The notes under the pieces: generated by a model | Databases searched by the model: none | What the model was told of the DNA's origin: nothing | Seen by the model: the letters and a program-made list of their open reading frames with translations, nothing else | Part shown: positions 1 to 10,352 of the stretch, in pieces | Numbering within the stretch: position 1 is the stretch's first letter | Layout: each line of letters starts with the position of its first letter | From: an uncultured delta proteobacterium | GTDB taxonomy: Bacteria > Myxococcota_A > Polyangia > Haliangiales > Haliangiaceae | Reading direction: 5' to 3' | DNA: 64,000 bases | Assembly: GCA_963743525.1 (NCBI GenBank) | Contig: CAVUQH010000024.1 | Coordinates: forward strand, 129,763-193,762 | Translations under genes and position numbers: made by a program

Positions 1-1329
1 CAACGTCGAGGACGCTGCCGTGGCCGGGACCGACCCAGCGGCTGTTGTTGCCGAGGATCGGCGCGCCGTGCTTCGTGTACGGACCGGTGATCGACGTCGC
101 GCGGGCGACGCCGGTGCGGTAGCGGTAGTCGTAGACGTTGCCGCTGTAGAACAGGTAGTAATAGCCGCCGTGGTGGATGATCCACGGCGCCTCGACCACG
201 CCGCCCTCCCAGGTTGACGCGTCGTTGCGCAGGATCTCCGTCGCCTGGCTGCCGGCGGCAAACGACAGACCGCCGGCGGCCAGCTCGCGGATGTAGATCG
301 GCGTCGGCTTGCCGGTGGCGTTGCCGTCGATCTTGTAGACCAGATACGGGAGGCCGTCGGTGTCGCGGGTGAAGTGGGCATCGATGACGCCCTGTGGATC
401 CTCGACCAGCGGACCGCCGATGTCGGTGTACGGCCCCTCGGGGGTCGTCGCCCACGCGGCGCCGATGCTCAGCACGTTGGCGCCGTTGACCGTGGTGTAG
501 TAGACGACGTAGCGATTGCCGACCCGGTGGATCTCCGGCGCCCAGTTGCGATTGCCGTTGGCCGCCCACGGCGGCTTGCCGGCCGGTAGCACCGAGCTGC
601 CCGTGTCGTCCCAGAAGACCAGGTCTCGCGACGTGCGCAGCGGGAAGCGGCCGCCCGTGCACAACGCATAGAAGACATAGGCGCCGTCGGCGTCGCGGTC
701 GGCCAGCACCCCGGGGTCGGGGCAGTCGTGCGCGATGACCGGGTTGAGATAGGGCGACTGCGGCGCCGGCAGCCCCGGCGACTGCGGCGCGGCCCACAGC
801 GCCTCGGTGGGGATGACGGCCTCGTCGAGCCCGTCGGCGCGCCAGCCGACCCGCGCCTCGGCGGTGAGATCGCGTTCCATGTAATCGACGCGAAACGCCA
901 CGCGGCCAGCGGACAACGTGATCGCGCCCTCGTAGCGGGTGGGTCGCTGCCAGCTCCAGGCGTCGATCACCAGCTGGTCGTCGACCCACACGCGCATACC
1001 GTCGTCGGTGCTGACCCAGAAGGTGTAGTCACCGGCCGCCGGCACGTCGAGGAAGCCGGTCCAGCGCGCCGAGAAGAAGTCGGCCGGAACCTCGGGCGCG
1101 GGCGCCTGATCGGCCCACACGTGGTCGATGTTGGGCTCGACCTGCTCGAGCACGAGGTCGCGGTAGCGGGCGAAATAGTCGCCGCGCAGACCGTGTTCGA
1201 GCGGCACCTCGGCATCGCCGGCGGCGTTAACGAGCGCACCGCCGCCACCGTCGGGGTTGGACGCGGCGCCGTCGCCGCAAGCCGCGCACGCGAGCCCGAT
1301 CGACAACAACAACGGCGAGCAGCAACGCA
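1..1329 (-). CDS. Glycoside hydrolase family 43 protein with N-terminal PA14 domain, lipoprotein; 5' part only (gene continues beyond window start)
   Basis: Minus-strand translation from GTG at 1329 gives lipoprotein signal MRCCSPLLLSIGLACAAC. A PA14-like segment follows (GDYTFWVSTDDGMRVWVDDQLVIDAWSWQ). Then GH43-type motifs (NGNRNWAPEIHRVGNRYVVYY ... GGYYYLFYSG ... RWVGPGHGSV). In-frame stop upstream at 1393-1395. Absent from the ORF track because it runs off the window. Confidence 0.75.
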
Positions 1330-1393
1330 CGACCGCACCGTAGCACGCGCGAACGCCCACGCCTCGCAACCTGTAGGTTGCACACCGGCCACG

Positions 1394-2981
1394 TCACTCG
1401 CCGGCGGGCAACTGATGATCGCGCAAGAACTCGAGCAGCCCCGGATCGCCTACCGACACCGGGCGCATGATCTCCCCGGCCGGCCGACGCACCCACCAGC
1501 CGGGCTCGCCCGGAGCGGTGAAGCGGTAACGGTAGCGCTCGACGCGGATGTAGCGCGGCGGTCGATCGGGAAACGGGTCAACGGCGAACAGCCGCGTGAC
1601 GTCGTCATCTCCGCGCAAGAGCTGATAGACCAGGCTGGCCAGCCACGGGTTGTAGCGGACCGTCGACGGGCCGGCGAACCACATCTGCCAGTCGAGGCGA
1701 AGGTGGTACGGCGTGATCGAACAGGGCCGCCGATCGACCGGCCCCGGCTGGCAGGGCAAGACGTAGCTCTTCCAGTGGGCGTCGTCCGGCGAGGGGTCGT
1801 CGGTGCCCTGGATGATCGCCTGGTAGCGGGCGTGGCCGACCGAGCCGAAGGCGCCGTAGGTATTGACCAGGCTGAAGCGATCGTAGGCGCGGTTCATGCT
1901 CTGGTCGGTCGAACACCAGGTTGAGCGCCGGCTCGATACTGAGCACGGCGATGACCGCGGCCAGCCCCAGCACCACCAGCCGCTGGGCGGTGCTCTGTCG
2001 CACGCCCTGGTGCAGCCGCGCGACCATCGCTCTGACGCGGCGGGGAAACAGCCGACCGATGGCGCCGTCGTCGAAGCAGGCCAGGCAGATGGCGATGGTC
2101 AGCCAGTTGAGGAACGACAGGTTGCCGCTGAGGATGAGTAATACCTGGAAGCCGATGAGGATCGCGGCGGCGATGTGGCGCACCCGCCGCGGCCCGAAGA
2201 TCAGCCACGGCACGACCAGCTCGGCCGCGTGGTTGCCGACGACGCCGGCCCGGTGCACCCACTCGGGCGCGTGGTGCCAGTACCAGCTAAGCGGGCCGGG
2301 CACCGGCTGGGTCTCGTAGTGGTAGTCGAGACAGGTCAGGTCGCGCCAGCAGCTGTCGCCGCGCAGCTTGATCAGCCCAGCGCCGAACATGACCCGGAAC
2401 AGCATCCACCGGTACAGCCACATCACCACCCGCGACGGCGGTGACTCGTGCGGCAGCGGGCGCAGGCTGCCCAGCGGGCAGAGGAAGATGGCCAGGAAGC
2501 CGGCTTCCAGCACCATCAGCTCCCAGCCGTAGCCGTACCAGACCTGGCCGACGTTGACGATCGACGTGTAGAGGATCCACAGCGCCGCCATCACCGGCGC
2601 GTTGGTCACGCCGCACAACACCGCCAGCGACAGCGCTGCGCCCAACCACGCGACCACCAGCAGCGCCGTGTCCGACGAGGTGATCCAGAACAGCGACGGC
2701 ACGTCGGCGGCGCCGTGACCGGCGGCCGACAGACGCGCCAGGTAATCGCCGGCCGGGGTGATCCCGTGGGCGCCGATCAACGGCACCAGCTGCTGCGTCG
2801 CCGACAGGAAGGCGATGAAGTAGATGAAGCCGAGCGCGCGCAGCAGCGCGAAGCGAGTCAGCCAGTAGCCGTGCGCCGGGTGGCCGATGCGCTCATCGGC
2901 CCACTCGATCCAGCGTCGCAGCCGCGGCCGGAAGTCCGGTGCCTCGAGCGACTGCACATCTGGCGCGTCGCGCGCCTCCAT
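1394..2981 (-). pseudogene. Lipase maturation factor (LMF1/LMF2) family membrane protein, interrupted by a +1 frameshift near 1880-1895 (pseudogene or sequencing indel)
   Basis: ORF 1605..2981 carries the multi-TM LMF N-terminal region (HGYWLTRFALLRALGFIYFIAFLS...). ORF 1394..1897 in another frame carries the LMF C-terminal signature (MNRAYDRFSLVNTYGAFGSV ... PYHLRLDWQMWF). Removing one T in ctggtgttcgacc restores NLVSTDQSMNRAYDRF, which matches the conserved LMF junction. Confidence 0.7.
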
Positions 2982-3124
2982 GATGCGGAGTTTATGTCGC
3001 CCAGGCGCACCGCGGGCGCTCGGCTCGCCAAGTTGACACGGCTGGCACGCGCAGGCGACGCGGTTTCGGGCAGTTCAGCGGTGGCCCGGGCCTTGCTGGA
3101 GGAGCCGAGCAAAGGAGACCCCTG

Positions 3125-3541
3125 ATGACGAACCGTAGCTTCCTTCCCGCCACCATCATCCTCGTGACCCTGGGCGCCGCTGCGGCGCCCGCGCTGGCCG
3201 ACAAGCCGCCCAGCAGCGCGCAGGTCAACCTGGTCGAGAGCAGCAAGAGCGGCAGCAAGTCGCTCAGCTTCACCCTGGCGATGGTCAACGACCAGAGCCC
3301 GGCGCAGCTGTCAACGCTGCTCGCCGGCGCCGAGTATCACGTCAAGCTGTGGCGCGACAGCGGCAAGCACAGCAAAGCCGCGCCGTCGCTGACCGTCGAG
3401 CTCGACCGCCACGACGCCAAGGGGCCGGGCGCGCTCAGCTTCCGCGGCACGACCAGTGCGCCGGTCGGCCAGCGAACCACGCTGCTGCACCTCGACCGCG
3501 GCGACGGCACGACCTACGAGGTCGCGGTCACCTTGCGCTGA
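3125..3541 (+). CDS. Secreted hypothetical protein (signal peptide, Ser/Lys-rich)
   Basis: ATG preceded by aaaggagacccctg RBS. N-terminal signal peptide LPATIILVTLGAAAAPALA. No recognisable domain. Confidence 0.65.
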   Translation: MTNRSFLPATIILVTLGAAAAPALADKPPSSAQVNLVESSKSGSKSLSFTLAMVNDQSPAQLSTLLAGAEYHVKLWRDSGKHSKAAPSLTVELDRHDAKGPGALSFRGTTSAPVGQRTTLLHLDRGDGTTYEVAVTLR

Positions 3542-4599
3542 CCGCGGGGCGCGACCACCCCGTACTCGATCATGCTCTCGCCCATCGACGTGACCATCTC
3601 GTCGAGGGGACGAGGATGCCAGCCGAGGATGCGGGTGGCGCGCTCGTGCGACACGTCCTGTCGCTTGCCCAGCTCCTGGACCGCCAGCTTGGCAGTCTTG
3701 TCCCACACCGACACCAGCTTGAGCAGCCAGCCGGGGACCTTGCGGGTGGGCACCTTGAAGCCGCGGCCGCTGAACTTGTCGCGCAGCACGGTGGCGATGT
3801 CGAGCAGCGAGGCGTGCTCGATGGCCAGGACGAACCGCTTGCCCGCGGCATCCGGCGTGGTCATCGCGGCCACCTGGGCGTCGGCGACGTCGCGCACGTC
3901 AACCACCGCCCAGCCGACGTCGGGGCAGCCGGGCATCTCGCGCGAAAGCAGCTTGCGCACCACCTCGCCCGAGGTGCTGAAGTCGTCCGACAGCACCGGG
4001 CCGAGGACCAGGCCCGGGTTGACGGTGACCAGCTCAATCCGCTGCTCCTCTGGCAGGCCTTCGATGTAATCCCAGGCGGCGCGCTCGGCGATGGTCTTGC
4101 TCTTCTCGTAGGCGCCGACCTCGCGGGTCAGCTCCGACCAGTCGCTCTCGTCGTAGGTCTTGCTGCCGTCCCGGGCGTGGCCGTAGAGGACCGCGGCCAC
4201 CGACGAGGTCATGACCACGCGGTCAACCTTCTCGGCGACCGCGGCGGCGAGCACGCGCAGCGCGCCATCGCGAGCCGGGACAATCAACTCGTTCTCGTCT
4301 TTCGGCGGGGTGGTGGGCAGCGGCGAGGCGACGTGGAGGACGAAGCGGCAGCCGCGAACGGCGTCGCGCCAGCCGTCGTCGCTGTTCAGGTTGGCGGCGA
4401 CGAAGTCGACCCGGTCGGCAGCGTCGGAGTGGGCGGCGAGCACCGCGCGCACGTGATCGGCTTTGGCCAGCGAGCGCAGCGTGCCGCGCACGCGATAACC
4501 GGCCTCGAGCAGGCGGAGAATGGTGTGCTCGGCGATGAAGCCGGAGGCGCCGGTGACCAGGACGGTGGTGTCGGCGGGGATGTGATCGGTCGTGGACAT
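3514..4599 (-). CDS. NAD(P)-dependent epimerase/dehydratase (extended SDR; aldehyde reductase/dihydroflavonol-reductase-like)
   Basis: N-terminal Rossmann motif VLVTGASGFIAEHTILRLLEAGYRVRGTLR. SDR catalytic YxxxK (YEKSK). 361 aa. Confidence 0.9.
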   Translation of the reverse strand: MSTTDHIPADTTVLVTGASGFIAEHTILRLLEAGYRVRGTLRSLAKADHVRAVLAAHSDAADRVDFVAANLNSDDGWRDAVRGCRFVLHVASPLPTTPPKDENELIVPARDGALRVLAAAVAEKVDRVVMTSSVAAVLYGHARDGSKTYDESDWSELTREVGAYEKSKTIAERAAWDYIEGLPEEQRIELVTVNPGLVLGPVLSDDFSTSGEVVRKLLSREMPGCPDVGWAVVDVRDVADAQVAAMTTPDAAGKRFVLAIEHASLLDIATVLRDKFSGRGFKVPTRKVPGWLLKLVSVWDKTAKLAVQELGKRQDVSHERATRILGWHPRPLDEMVTSMGESMIEYGVVAPRGQRKVTATS

Positions 4600-4622
4600 G
4601 GAAGGCTCCAGAGAGAAGAAGA

Positions 4623-4656
4623 GAACGTCGGTCTTTTAAATAAAAGACCACCGTTC
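4623..4656. promoter_or_regulatory. Near-perfect 34-bp palindrome (candidate TetR-family operator) in the divergent SDR/TetR intergenic region
   Basis: gaacgtcggtctttta-aa-taaaagaccaccgttc. Sits in an AT-rich island between the divergently transcribed genes at 4599 and 4756. Confidence 0.5.
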
Positions 4657-4755
4657 TTTGGTCAAGAGGGGGTTTTCGGCTTTCTCCTAGATGTCTGTTT
4701 TCAAACGGGAGTTTGACCACGGTGGGTGAATCCGCTATAAGAGACCAGAAGTCTC

Positions 4756-5415
4756 ATGTCGCGCACCGGATTCCAGCGGGCTCGCCAGCCCGAGCAGAAA
4801 GAGCAGCGCCGCCAGGAGTTGCTCGACGCCGCCGCGCGCCTGTTGGCCGACGGCGGGCTCGACGCGGTCACCCTCAGCGCCATCGCCCGCGCTGCCGGCC
4901 TGGCCAAGTCGAACGTCTACCGCTACTTCGGCAGCCGCGAGGAGATCCTGCTCGAGATCCTGGTCGACGACGAACAGTCGTGGGTCGGCGAGCTCGAGCG
5001 AGAGCTGGCGCCGCTGGCCGGCAGCGGCGACGTCGATGCCGTGGCCGCGACGCTGGCCCGCACCATCGCCGCGCGTCCGGTCACCTGCATGCTGATCTCG
5101 GTGGTGGCCAACGTGCTCGAGCACAACACCACGCCCGAGGCGGTGGCGCGGTTCAAGGGCCGCGTGCTCGAGCTGACGATCCGCATCCGCAATGCGCTGC
5201 ACGCCGCGCTGCCCGCCCTGCCCCACGACCAGACCGAGGCGCTGCTCCGCTATCTGCACGCGCTGATCGCCGGGCTGTGGCCGATGGCCAACCCGGCGCC
5301 GCTGGCCGGCGCGCTGATGGAGCAGCCGCAGTTCCGCGGCATGTGCACCGAGCTCGAGCCGGATCTGCGCGGCGCCCTGGCCGCCCTGCTTCACGGCCTC
5401 GCGGCGCAGCGCTGA
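4756..5415 (+). CDS. TetR/AcrR family transcriptional regulator
   Basis: N-terminal HTH region RRQELLDAAARLLADGGLDAVTLSAIARAAGLAKSNVYRYFGSREEIL, typical of TetR. 219 aa. Confidence 0.9.
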   Translation: MSRTGFQRARQPEQKEQRRQELLDAAARLLADGGLDAVTLSAIARAAGLAKSNVYRYFGSREEILLEILVDDEQSWVGELERELAPLAGSGDVDAVAATLARTIAARPVTCMLISVVANVLEHNTTPEAVARFKGRVLELTIRIRNALHAALPALPHDQTEALLRYLHALIAGLWPMANPAPLAGALMEQPQFRGMCTELEPDLRGALAALLHGLAAQR

Positions 5416-7325
5416 CGGCGCAGCAGCGCCGCTGCCAGCAGCACGATCAGTGCGCCCCCGCCCGGCGCACCGCCGCCGCAGCCACAACCGTCGTCAACGG
5501 TGGGCGCCGGACGATCCCACGCGGCCAGGACGTAGAGGCCGGCGCCCAGGCCGATCATCGCCTCACCGTCGGCACCGGCGACGACACCGTCGCGCGCGCC
5601 GGCGCGCTCCGTGACGCCGGCGAAGATGGCCGCGGCGCGGTCGCGATTGCCGGCGGCGGCGTCGGCCATCGACAACCACAGTGCCGCCGTCGGCGACGCC
5701 TCGTCGGGCGCCTCGTCGTTGCGGCGATAGCTGCCGTCCGGCCGCTGCAACCCCCGGTCGATCGCGTCGAGGGTGGCCCGGGCGACGTCGCCGTCGGCCG
5801 GCAGCACGGCCCAGACGAACGCCTGCGTCGCCGCGCTGTCGAGCCGATCACCCTGGAGCGCGCCGGTCAGAACCCCGGCGTCGACCAGCCGCGACGAGAT
5901 GGCGCCGGCGAACAGGCCGGCGGCGGTGCGGTACGAATCGGCCCGCGCATCGCCCGCGGCGAGACGCACCGCCGCGCGCAACCCCCACACGGTCGCCGCC
6001 TGGCTGAAGGTCCATTTGCGCCGGTCGCCGTTCCACACCGAGTTGTCGGGGCGAACCAACAACGTGTCGTCGACATCGATGCGGTGGGTCAGCACCGTGG
6101 CGGTCAGATCGAACAGTGCCTGGGCGCGATCGCTCACGAACGCCGTGTCCCCGCTGGCCTGCACGTATTCGTCGACGGCGCCGAGCACCAGACCAAAGCC
6201 GTCGATGCCGACCAGCGGCCCGCTGCCGTCGTCTTCGCTCTCCTCGCTGCCGTCGCCGCGCTGGCGCAACACGCTGACCGCATACGGCTCGTCGATCTCG
6301 CTCTGGTAGTCGCCTGCGCCGGCATCGACCACGAACGCCAGCGCCGCCCGCGCCTCGTCGACCAGCCCCGCGCGCACCAGCGCTCGGACCGCGTAGGCCT
6401 GGTCGCGCACCCACGCGCGCGATGCCGAGGGCGGATAGAGGGCGGCGACGATCTGACCAAATGGCGGGCCCGGCTCACGCACCTGAGCCATGCGCAACAG
6501 CGCCAGCGAACGTCGATAGACCGCGCGCTCGCCGTCGCCCAGCCCCGGCGGCTCGGCGGCTCGAGCGAAGAAGCCGTCCCAGTCGGCGCGGGCCTCCGCC
6601 AACGCGCGGTCGGGATCCGTCAACACCGCAGCGAGATCGGCCTCCAGCGCGGCGCGATCGCCGTCGTCGCGCACACCGATGACCACACCGACGGTACGCG
6701 AGCTCCCCGGCGCCAGCCCGTCGAGGTCCCATTCGAAGCCGATCGCCAGCGACGCCGCCGGTCCGCCGGCATCGGCATCGACGAGCTCCCCGCCGCCGTC
6801 AACCTGAGCCCGCGGATCGATCGCGTGGTGCACGGGTGAGCCCAGCGGCCGGTGGAGCAGCAACACATCGCCCCGCTCCTCGAACGCACCGCCGGTCCAG
6901 GTCGCGGTCTCGTCGCCGCCGGCAACCGTGTCCTCGAGCGAGAAGATCGCCGCGTCGGCCAACGGCGACGCCCCGGTGTTGGTCGCCTCGATCAACGCCA
7001 CCAGGTGGGGGGCGTCGCTGGCGAACGACGAGAACAGGTACTCGGTCACGCGCAAGCCGTCGCGCTCCCAGGTCACCGTCGCGACGCCGCTGTCACCCAG
7101 GTACCCGCGCTGGTCCGGCGTTTGGCCGTCCAGCCAGACGTTCGCTCCGCCGTTGCGCACCCCGAAGTAGAGCCCGCCCATCCGCTCGACGGTCGGCGTC
7201 GTCGCGTCCCGCTCCGCGAACAAATGCGCGCGCAACGAGTCCACTCGCCCATTCGTGTCGCAGTGCGCCACAGCGACGCCGTTGGACATGACCAGGGACG
7301 CGAGCAACAGCAGCATCCCTGACAT
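5391..7325 (-). CDS. Secreted glycoside hydrolase family 15-like (glucoamylase/glucodextranase-like) protein with C-terminal MYXO-CTERM-type sorting tail
   Basis: Signal peptide MSGMLLLLASLVMSNGVAVA. (alpha/alpha)6-barrel GH15-like region. C-terminus DDGCGCGGGAPGGGALIVLLAAALLRRQRC: Cys-Gly signature, hydrophobic helix, Arg cluster. Confidence 0.7.
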   Translation of the reverse strand: MSGMLLLLASLVMSNGVAVAHCDTNGRVDSLRAHLFAERDATTPTVERMGGLYFGVRNGGANVWLDGQTPDQRGYLGDSGVATVTWERDGLRVTEYLFSSFASDAPHLVALIEATNTGASPLADAAIFSLEDTVAGGDETATWTGGAFEERGDVLLLHRPLGSPVHHAIDPRAQVDGGGELVDADAGGPAASLAIGFEWDLDGLAPGSSRTVGVVIGVRDDGDRAALEADLAAVLTDPDRALAEARADWDGFFARAAEPPGLGDGERAVYRRSLALLRMAQVREPGPPFGQIVAALYPPSASRAWVRDQAYAVRALVRAGLVDEARAALAFVVDAGAGDYQSEIDEPYAVSVLRQRGDGSEESEDDGSGPLVGIDGFGLVLGAVDEYVQASGDTAFVSDRAQALFDLTATVLTHRIDVDDTLLVRPDNSVWNGDRRKWTFSQAATVWGLRAAVRLAAGDARADSYRTAAGLFAGAISSRLVDAGVLTGALQGDRLDSAATQAFVWAVLPADGDVARATLDAIDRGLQRPDGSYRRNDEAPDEASPTAALWLSMADAAAGNRDRAAAIFAGVTERAGARDGVVAGADGEAMIGLGAGLYVLAAWDRPAPTVDDGCGCGGGAPGGGALIVLLAAALLRRQRCAARP

Positions 7326-7445
7326 GGTATCCCGGGGAGCCCCCGCCAGACACAGTCGTCTTCGACGCAGCCGCCGGGCTGGCTCGGCCGATGCATCCGG
7401 ACTATCGTCCCGTCAGTCCCCAACCCGAACTACACGGAGGATTTC

Positions 7446-8231
7446 ATGGCCAATGCGAGCCGTTTTGTCTGGTACGAGCTGATGACCACCGACGTCGAGG
7501 CTGCGAAGGCCTTCTACAGCGAAGTGCTCGGCTGGAAGACCAGGGCGTGGCCGGGGGCGATGGAATACACCACGTTCGACATCGGCGACGAGGGCGTCGC
7601 CGGCCTGATGGCGTTGCCGGAGGAGGCCAAGGCCCACGGCGCCCCGCCGCACTGGATGGGCTACCTCGGTGTCGACGACGCCGACGCCACCAGCAAGCGC
7701 ATCGCCGAGATGGGCGGCACGATCATCGTGCCGCCGCAAGACATCCCCGAGGTCGGCCGCTTCGGCGTTGCCACCGATCCGCAGGGCGCGGTGTTCGCGT
7801 ACATCAAGACGCAACCGCCGGAAGGCGCCAAACCGTACGAGGGCGAGCCGCGCCCCGGCGACGTCTCGTGGCACGAGCTCAACACCACCGACTACGAGGG
7901 CGCGTGGAAGTTCTACGCCGCCCTCGCCGGCTGGAAGCACAGCGACACCTTCGACATGGGCCCGGAGATGGGCAACTACTGGATGTTCACCAGCGGCGAC
8001 GACGTGCGCGCGTCGAAGGGCGGCATGTCGAACATGGCCAAGGCCCACGGCTTCCCGGCCCACTGGCTCTACTACATCACTGTCACCGACGTGGCCGCCG
8101 CCGTTCGCCGCGTCGAATCCCACGGCGGCAAGGTGCTGAACGGCCCGATGGAAGTACCGGACGGCAGCACCATCGCCCAGTGCATGGACCCGCAGGGCGC
8201 CATGTTCGCCCTGAACATGCCAGCCAAGTAG
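7446..8231 (+). CDS. VOC family protein with tandem glyoxalase/bleomycin-resistance domains
   Basis: Two repeats of the motif WYELMTTDVEAAKAFY.../WHELNTTDYEGAWKFY. RBS cacggagg upstream of ATG. Confidence 0.9.
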   Translation: MANASRFVWYELMTTDVEAAKAFYSEVLGWKTRAWPGAMEYTTFDIGDEGVAGLMALPEEAKAHGAPPHWMGYLGVDDADATSKRIAEMGGTIIVPPQDIPEVGRFGVATDPQGAVFAYIKTQPPEGAKPYEGEPRPGDVSWHELNTTDYEGAWKFYAALAGWKHSDTFDMGPEMGNYWMFTSGDDVRASKGGMSNMAKAHGFPAHWLYYITVTDVAAAVRRVESHGGKVLNGPMEVPDGSTIAQCMDPQGAMFALNMPAK

Positions 8232-8333
8232 CAACGCCCCTCCCCCGCGCGCGGGGGAGGGATCTTCTTCCACGATTTCCGAGCGTTCTGCGGCAGGGGC
8301 AACCGCGGGGCGGCTCCTCCCGATAGGTATGTC

Positions 8334-10352
8334 ATGAGCTCGAAGAGCCCCCGCGCCCTGGTCCTTCTGACCGTCCCCCTGCTCGCGGTCGCCTCCGCAC
8401 CTGCCCGCGCGTCCGACTACGACGACGCCATCGCCGCGCGCGACAAACGCATCGCCGACTTCGACGCGCGTGTCGAAGAGGAGCTGTCGCGCGTCGCTCC
8501 CGACGCGCTGCCGCTCCTGCGCAAGGCCGACGCCGAACGCAAAGCGCTGAAGCTGGAGGCAGCCGCCGCCGACTATCGCGCCCTGCTCGACCAGGTCCCC
8601 GGGTTCACTCATGCGCAGCGGCGCCTGTGCGGCATCGAGAGCCACCTGGGACACCGGAACGCCGCACTGGAGCTGTGCAACGCGGCGCTGGCCGCCGACC
8701 ACACCCCGGAGAACGCATCGACCACCGCGGTCGTGTTGCTCACGCCCGGCGATAGCCAGCCGACGGCAGCCGATCGCGCCCGCGCCGACCAGCTGGCCGA
8801 CAATGCTCGCAACGCCGACCCGACCGACGAGCTGGCGTGGTTCGTCCAGTGCGAGCTCGCCGCCGAGCGCAACGACATGTCGACGCTCATCGGCTGCAGC
8901 GCTCGGCTGCGCGACCTCTCCCCCGAAGAGCCGGGCACCTTCCTCTACTCCGCGGTCGCCGCTGGCGCGGCCGGAGAGTGGAGCGATGCCCGCAGCTATG
9001 CCGAGCGCGCCCACTCGCTGGGCCTGGATGACGAGGTCTACGGCCACCTCGACGACGTCATCTCCGATCACGAGCCGCTGTGGCCGACCATCCTGCGCAT
9101 CTCCGGGCTCGTCATCGGCGTCTGGCTCGGCGTGATGCTGCTGATCGTGGTCGCGGGTGGACTGCTCAGCTGGCGGACCTTCCGCGCCGCCAACGCTGCC
9201 GGCGGCGCCAGCGCCGACGCGCCGATCCAGGCCCGGGGCGCGTCGCTCCGGCGGATCTACTCGGCGGTGCTGCACGTGAGCTGCTTCGCCTACTACCTGT
9301 CGATGCCGTTCCTCCTGGGGCTGGTGGTTCTCACCGGCGGCGGCATCATCTACGCCTTCTTCGCCGCCGGCTACATACCGATCAAGCTGGTGCTGCTGAT
9401 CGGCATCGTCACCGTGGTCACCGTCGGCGCGATCTTCAAGTCGATCGTCGTGCGCGGCAAAGACGAGCCGCCGGGTACCCGGCTCGAGCTCGAACACCAG
9501 CCCGAGCTGGCAGCCACGCTGAAGGAGGTCGCAGAGAAGATCGGCACGCGCCCGGTCGACAACGTCTACATGACCCCGGGCACGGACATCGCCGTGCTCG
9601 AGCGGGGCAGCATGGGCAGGCAGCTCCGCCATCGCTCCGAGCGCTGTCTGGTGCTCGGCGCTGCCGTCCTCGACGGCATGCCACTGCCGGCATTCAAGGC
9701 CATCCTCGCCCACGAGTACGGTCACTTCAGCAACCGCGACACCGCCGGCGGCGGCTTCGCCCTGGCCGTGCGGCGGTCGATGATGACCATGGGCATGCGC
9801 CTTGCGCACAGCGGCGCGGCCGCCTGGTACAACCCGGCGTGGTTGTTCTTCCGCGGCTTCTTCGCCGTGTTCCAGCGCATCTCCGGCGGCGCCACGCGGC
9901 TGCAGGAGATCCAGGCCGACCGCTGGGCCGTGCTCGCCTACGGTGCCGACAACTTCGAAACTGGCCTGCGGCACGCCATCGACCGGCAGGTGCGGTTCGG
10001 GCGCCACGTGAACAAGACGCTGGCCGAAGTGACCCAGGAGAAGAGGCCGCTGAGCAACCTCTACAGCTATCGCCCCGAGGATCTCGCCGACGAGGAGCTC
10101 GAGATCGCACCCGAGGTCGATGCCGTGCTCAACCGCGAGCCCAGCGGCTACGACACCCATCCCCGGCCGGTCAACCGCTTCCGCTGGGCCCACGCCATGG
10201 GCGCGCCCGATCCGGAGCTGGCGCCGGGCGAGGCCGACCGCGACGCCTGGTCACTGGTGGTCAATCGCGAGGGGCTGGAACAGCACATGACCGCGAAGAT
10301 CCGCGACAACGTCATGGATCGCTACGGCATCCACATCGCCGCCGCCGACTGA
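8334..10352 (+). CDS. M48 family zinc metallopeptidase, membrane-anchored, with N-terminal TPR-like periplasmic region
   Basis: Signal peptide. Central TM helices. HEYGH (HExxH) zinc motif with downstream E. 672 aa. Confidence 0.85.
   Translation: MSSKSPRALVLLTVPLLAVASAPARASDYDDAIAARDKRIADFDARVEEELSRVAPDALPLLRKADAERKALKLEAAAADYRALLDQVPGFTHAQRRLCGIESHLGHRNAALELCNAALAADHTPENASTTAVVLLTPGDSQPTAADRARADQLADNARNADPTDELAWFVQCELAAERNDMSTLIGCSARLRDLSPEEPGTFLYSAVAAGAAGEWSDARSYAERAHSLGLDDEVYGHLDDVISDHEPLWPTILRISGLVIGVWLGVMLLIVVAGGLLSWRTFRAANAAGGASADAPIQARGASLRRIYSAVLHVSCFAYYLSMPFLLGLVVLTGGGIIYAFFAAGYIPIKLVLLIGIVTVVTVGAIFKSIVVRGKDEPPGTRLELEHQPELAATLKEVAEKIGTRPVDNVYMTPGTDIAVLERGSMGRQLRHRSERCLVLGAAVLDGMPLPAFKAILAHEYGHFSNRDTAGGGFALAVRRSMMTMGMRLAHSGAAAWYNPAWLFFRGFFAVFQRISGGATRLQEIQADRWAVLAYGADNFETGLRHAIDRQVRFGRHVNKTLAEVTQEKRPLSNLYSYRPEDLADEELEIAPEVDAVLNREPSGYDTHPRPVNRFRWAHAMGAPDPELAPGEADRDAWSLVVNREGLEQHMTAKIRDNVMDRYGIHIAAAD

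Noticed and set aside
3349-4716. 455-aa plus-strand ORF antisense to the SDR gene
   Set aside because: No domain. The SDR gene opposite has clear Rossmann and YxxxK motifs.
7413-10193. 926-aa minus-strand ORF antisense to the VOC and M48 genes
   Set aside because: No motifs. Extreme Gly/Ala/Arg/Val composition. The opposite strand carries two well-supported genes with RBS.
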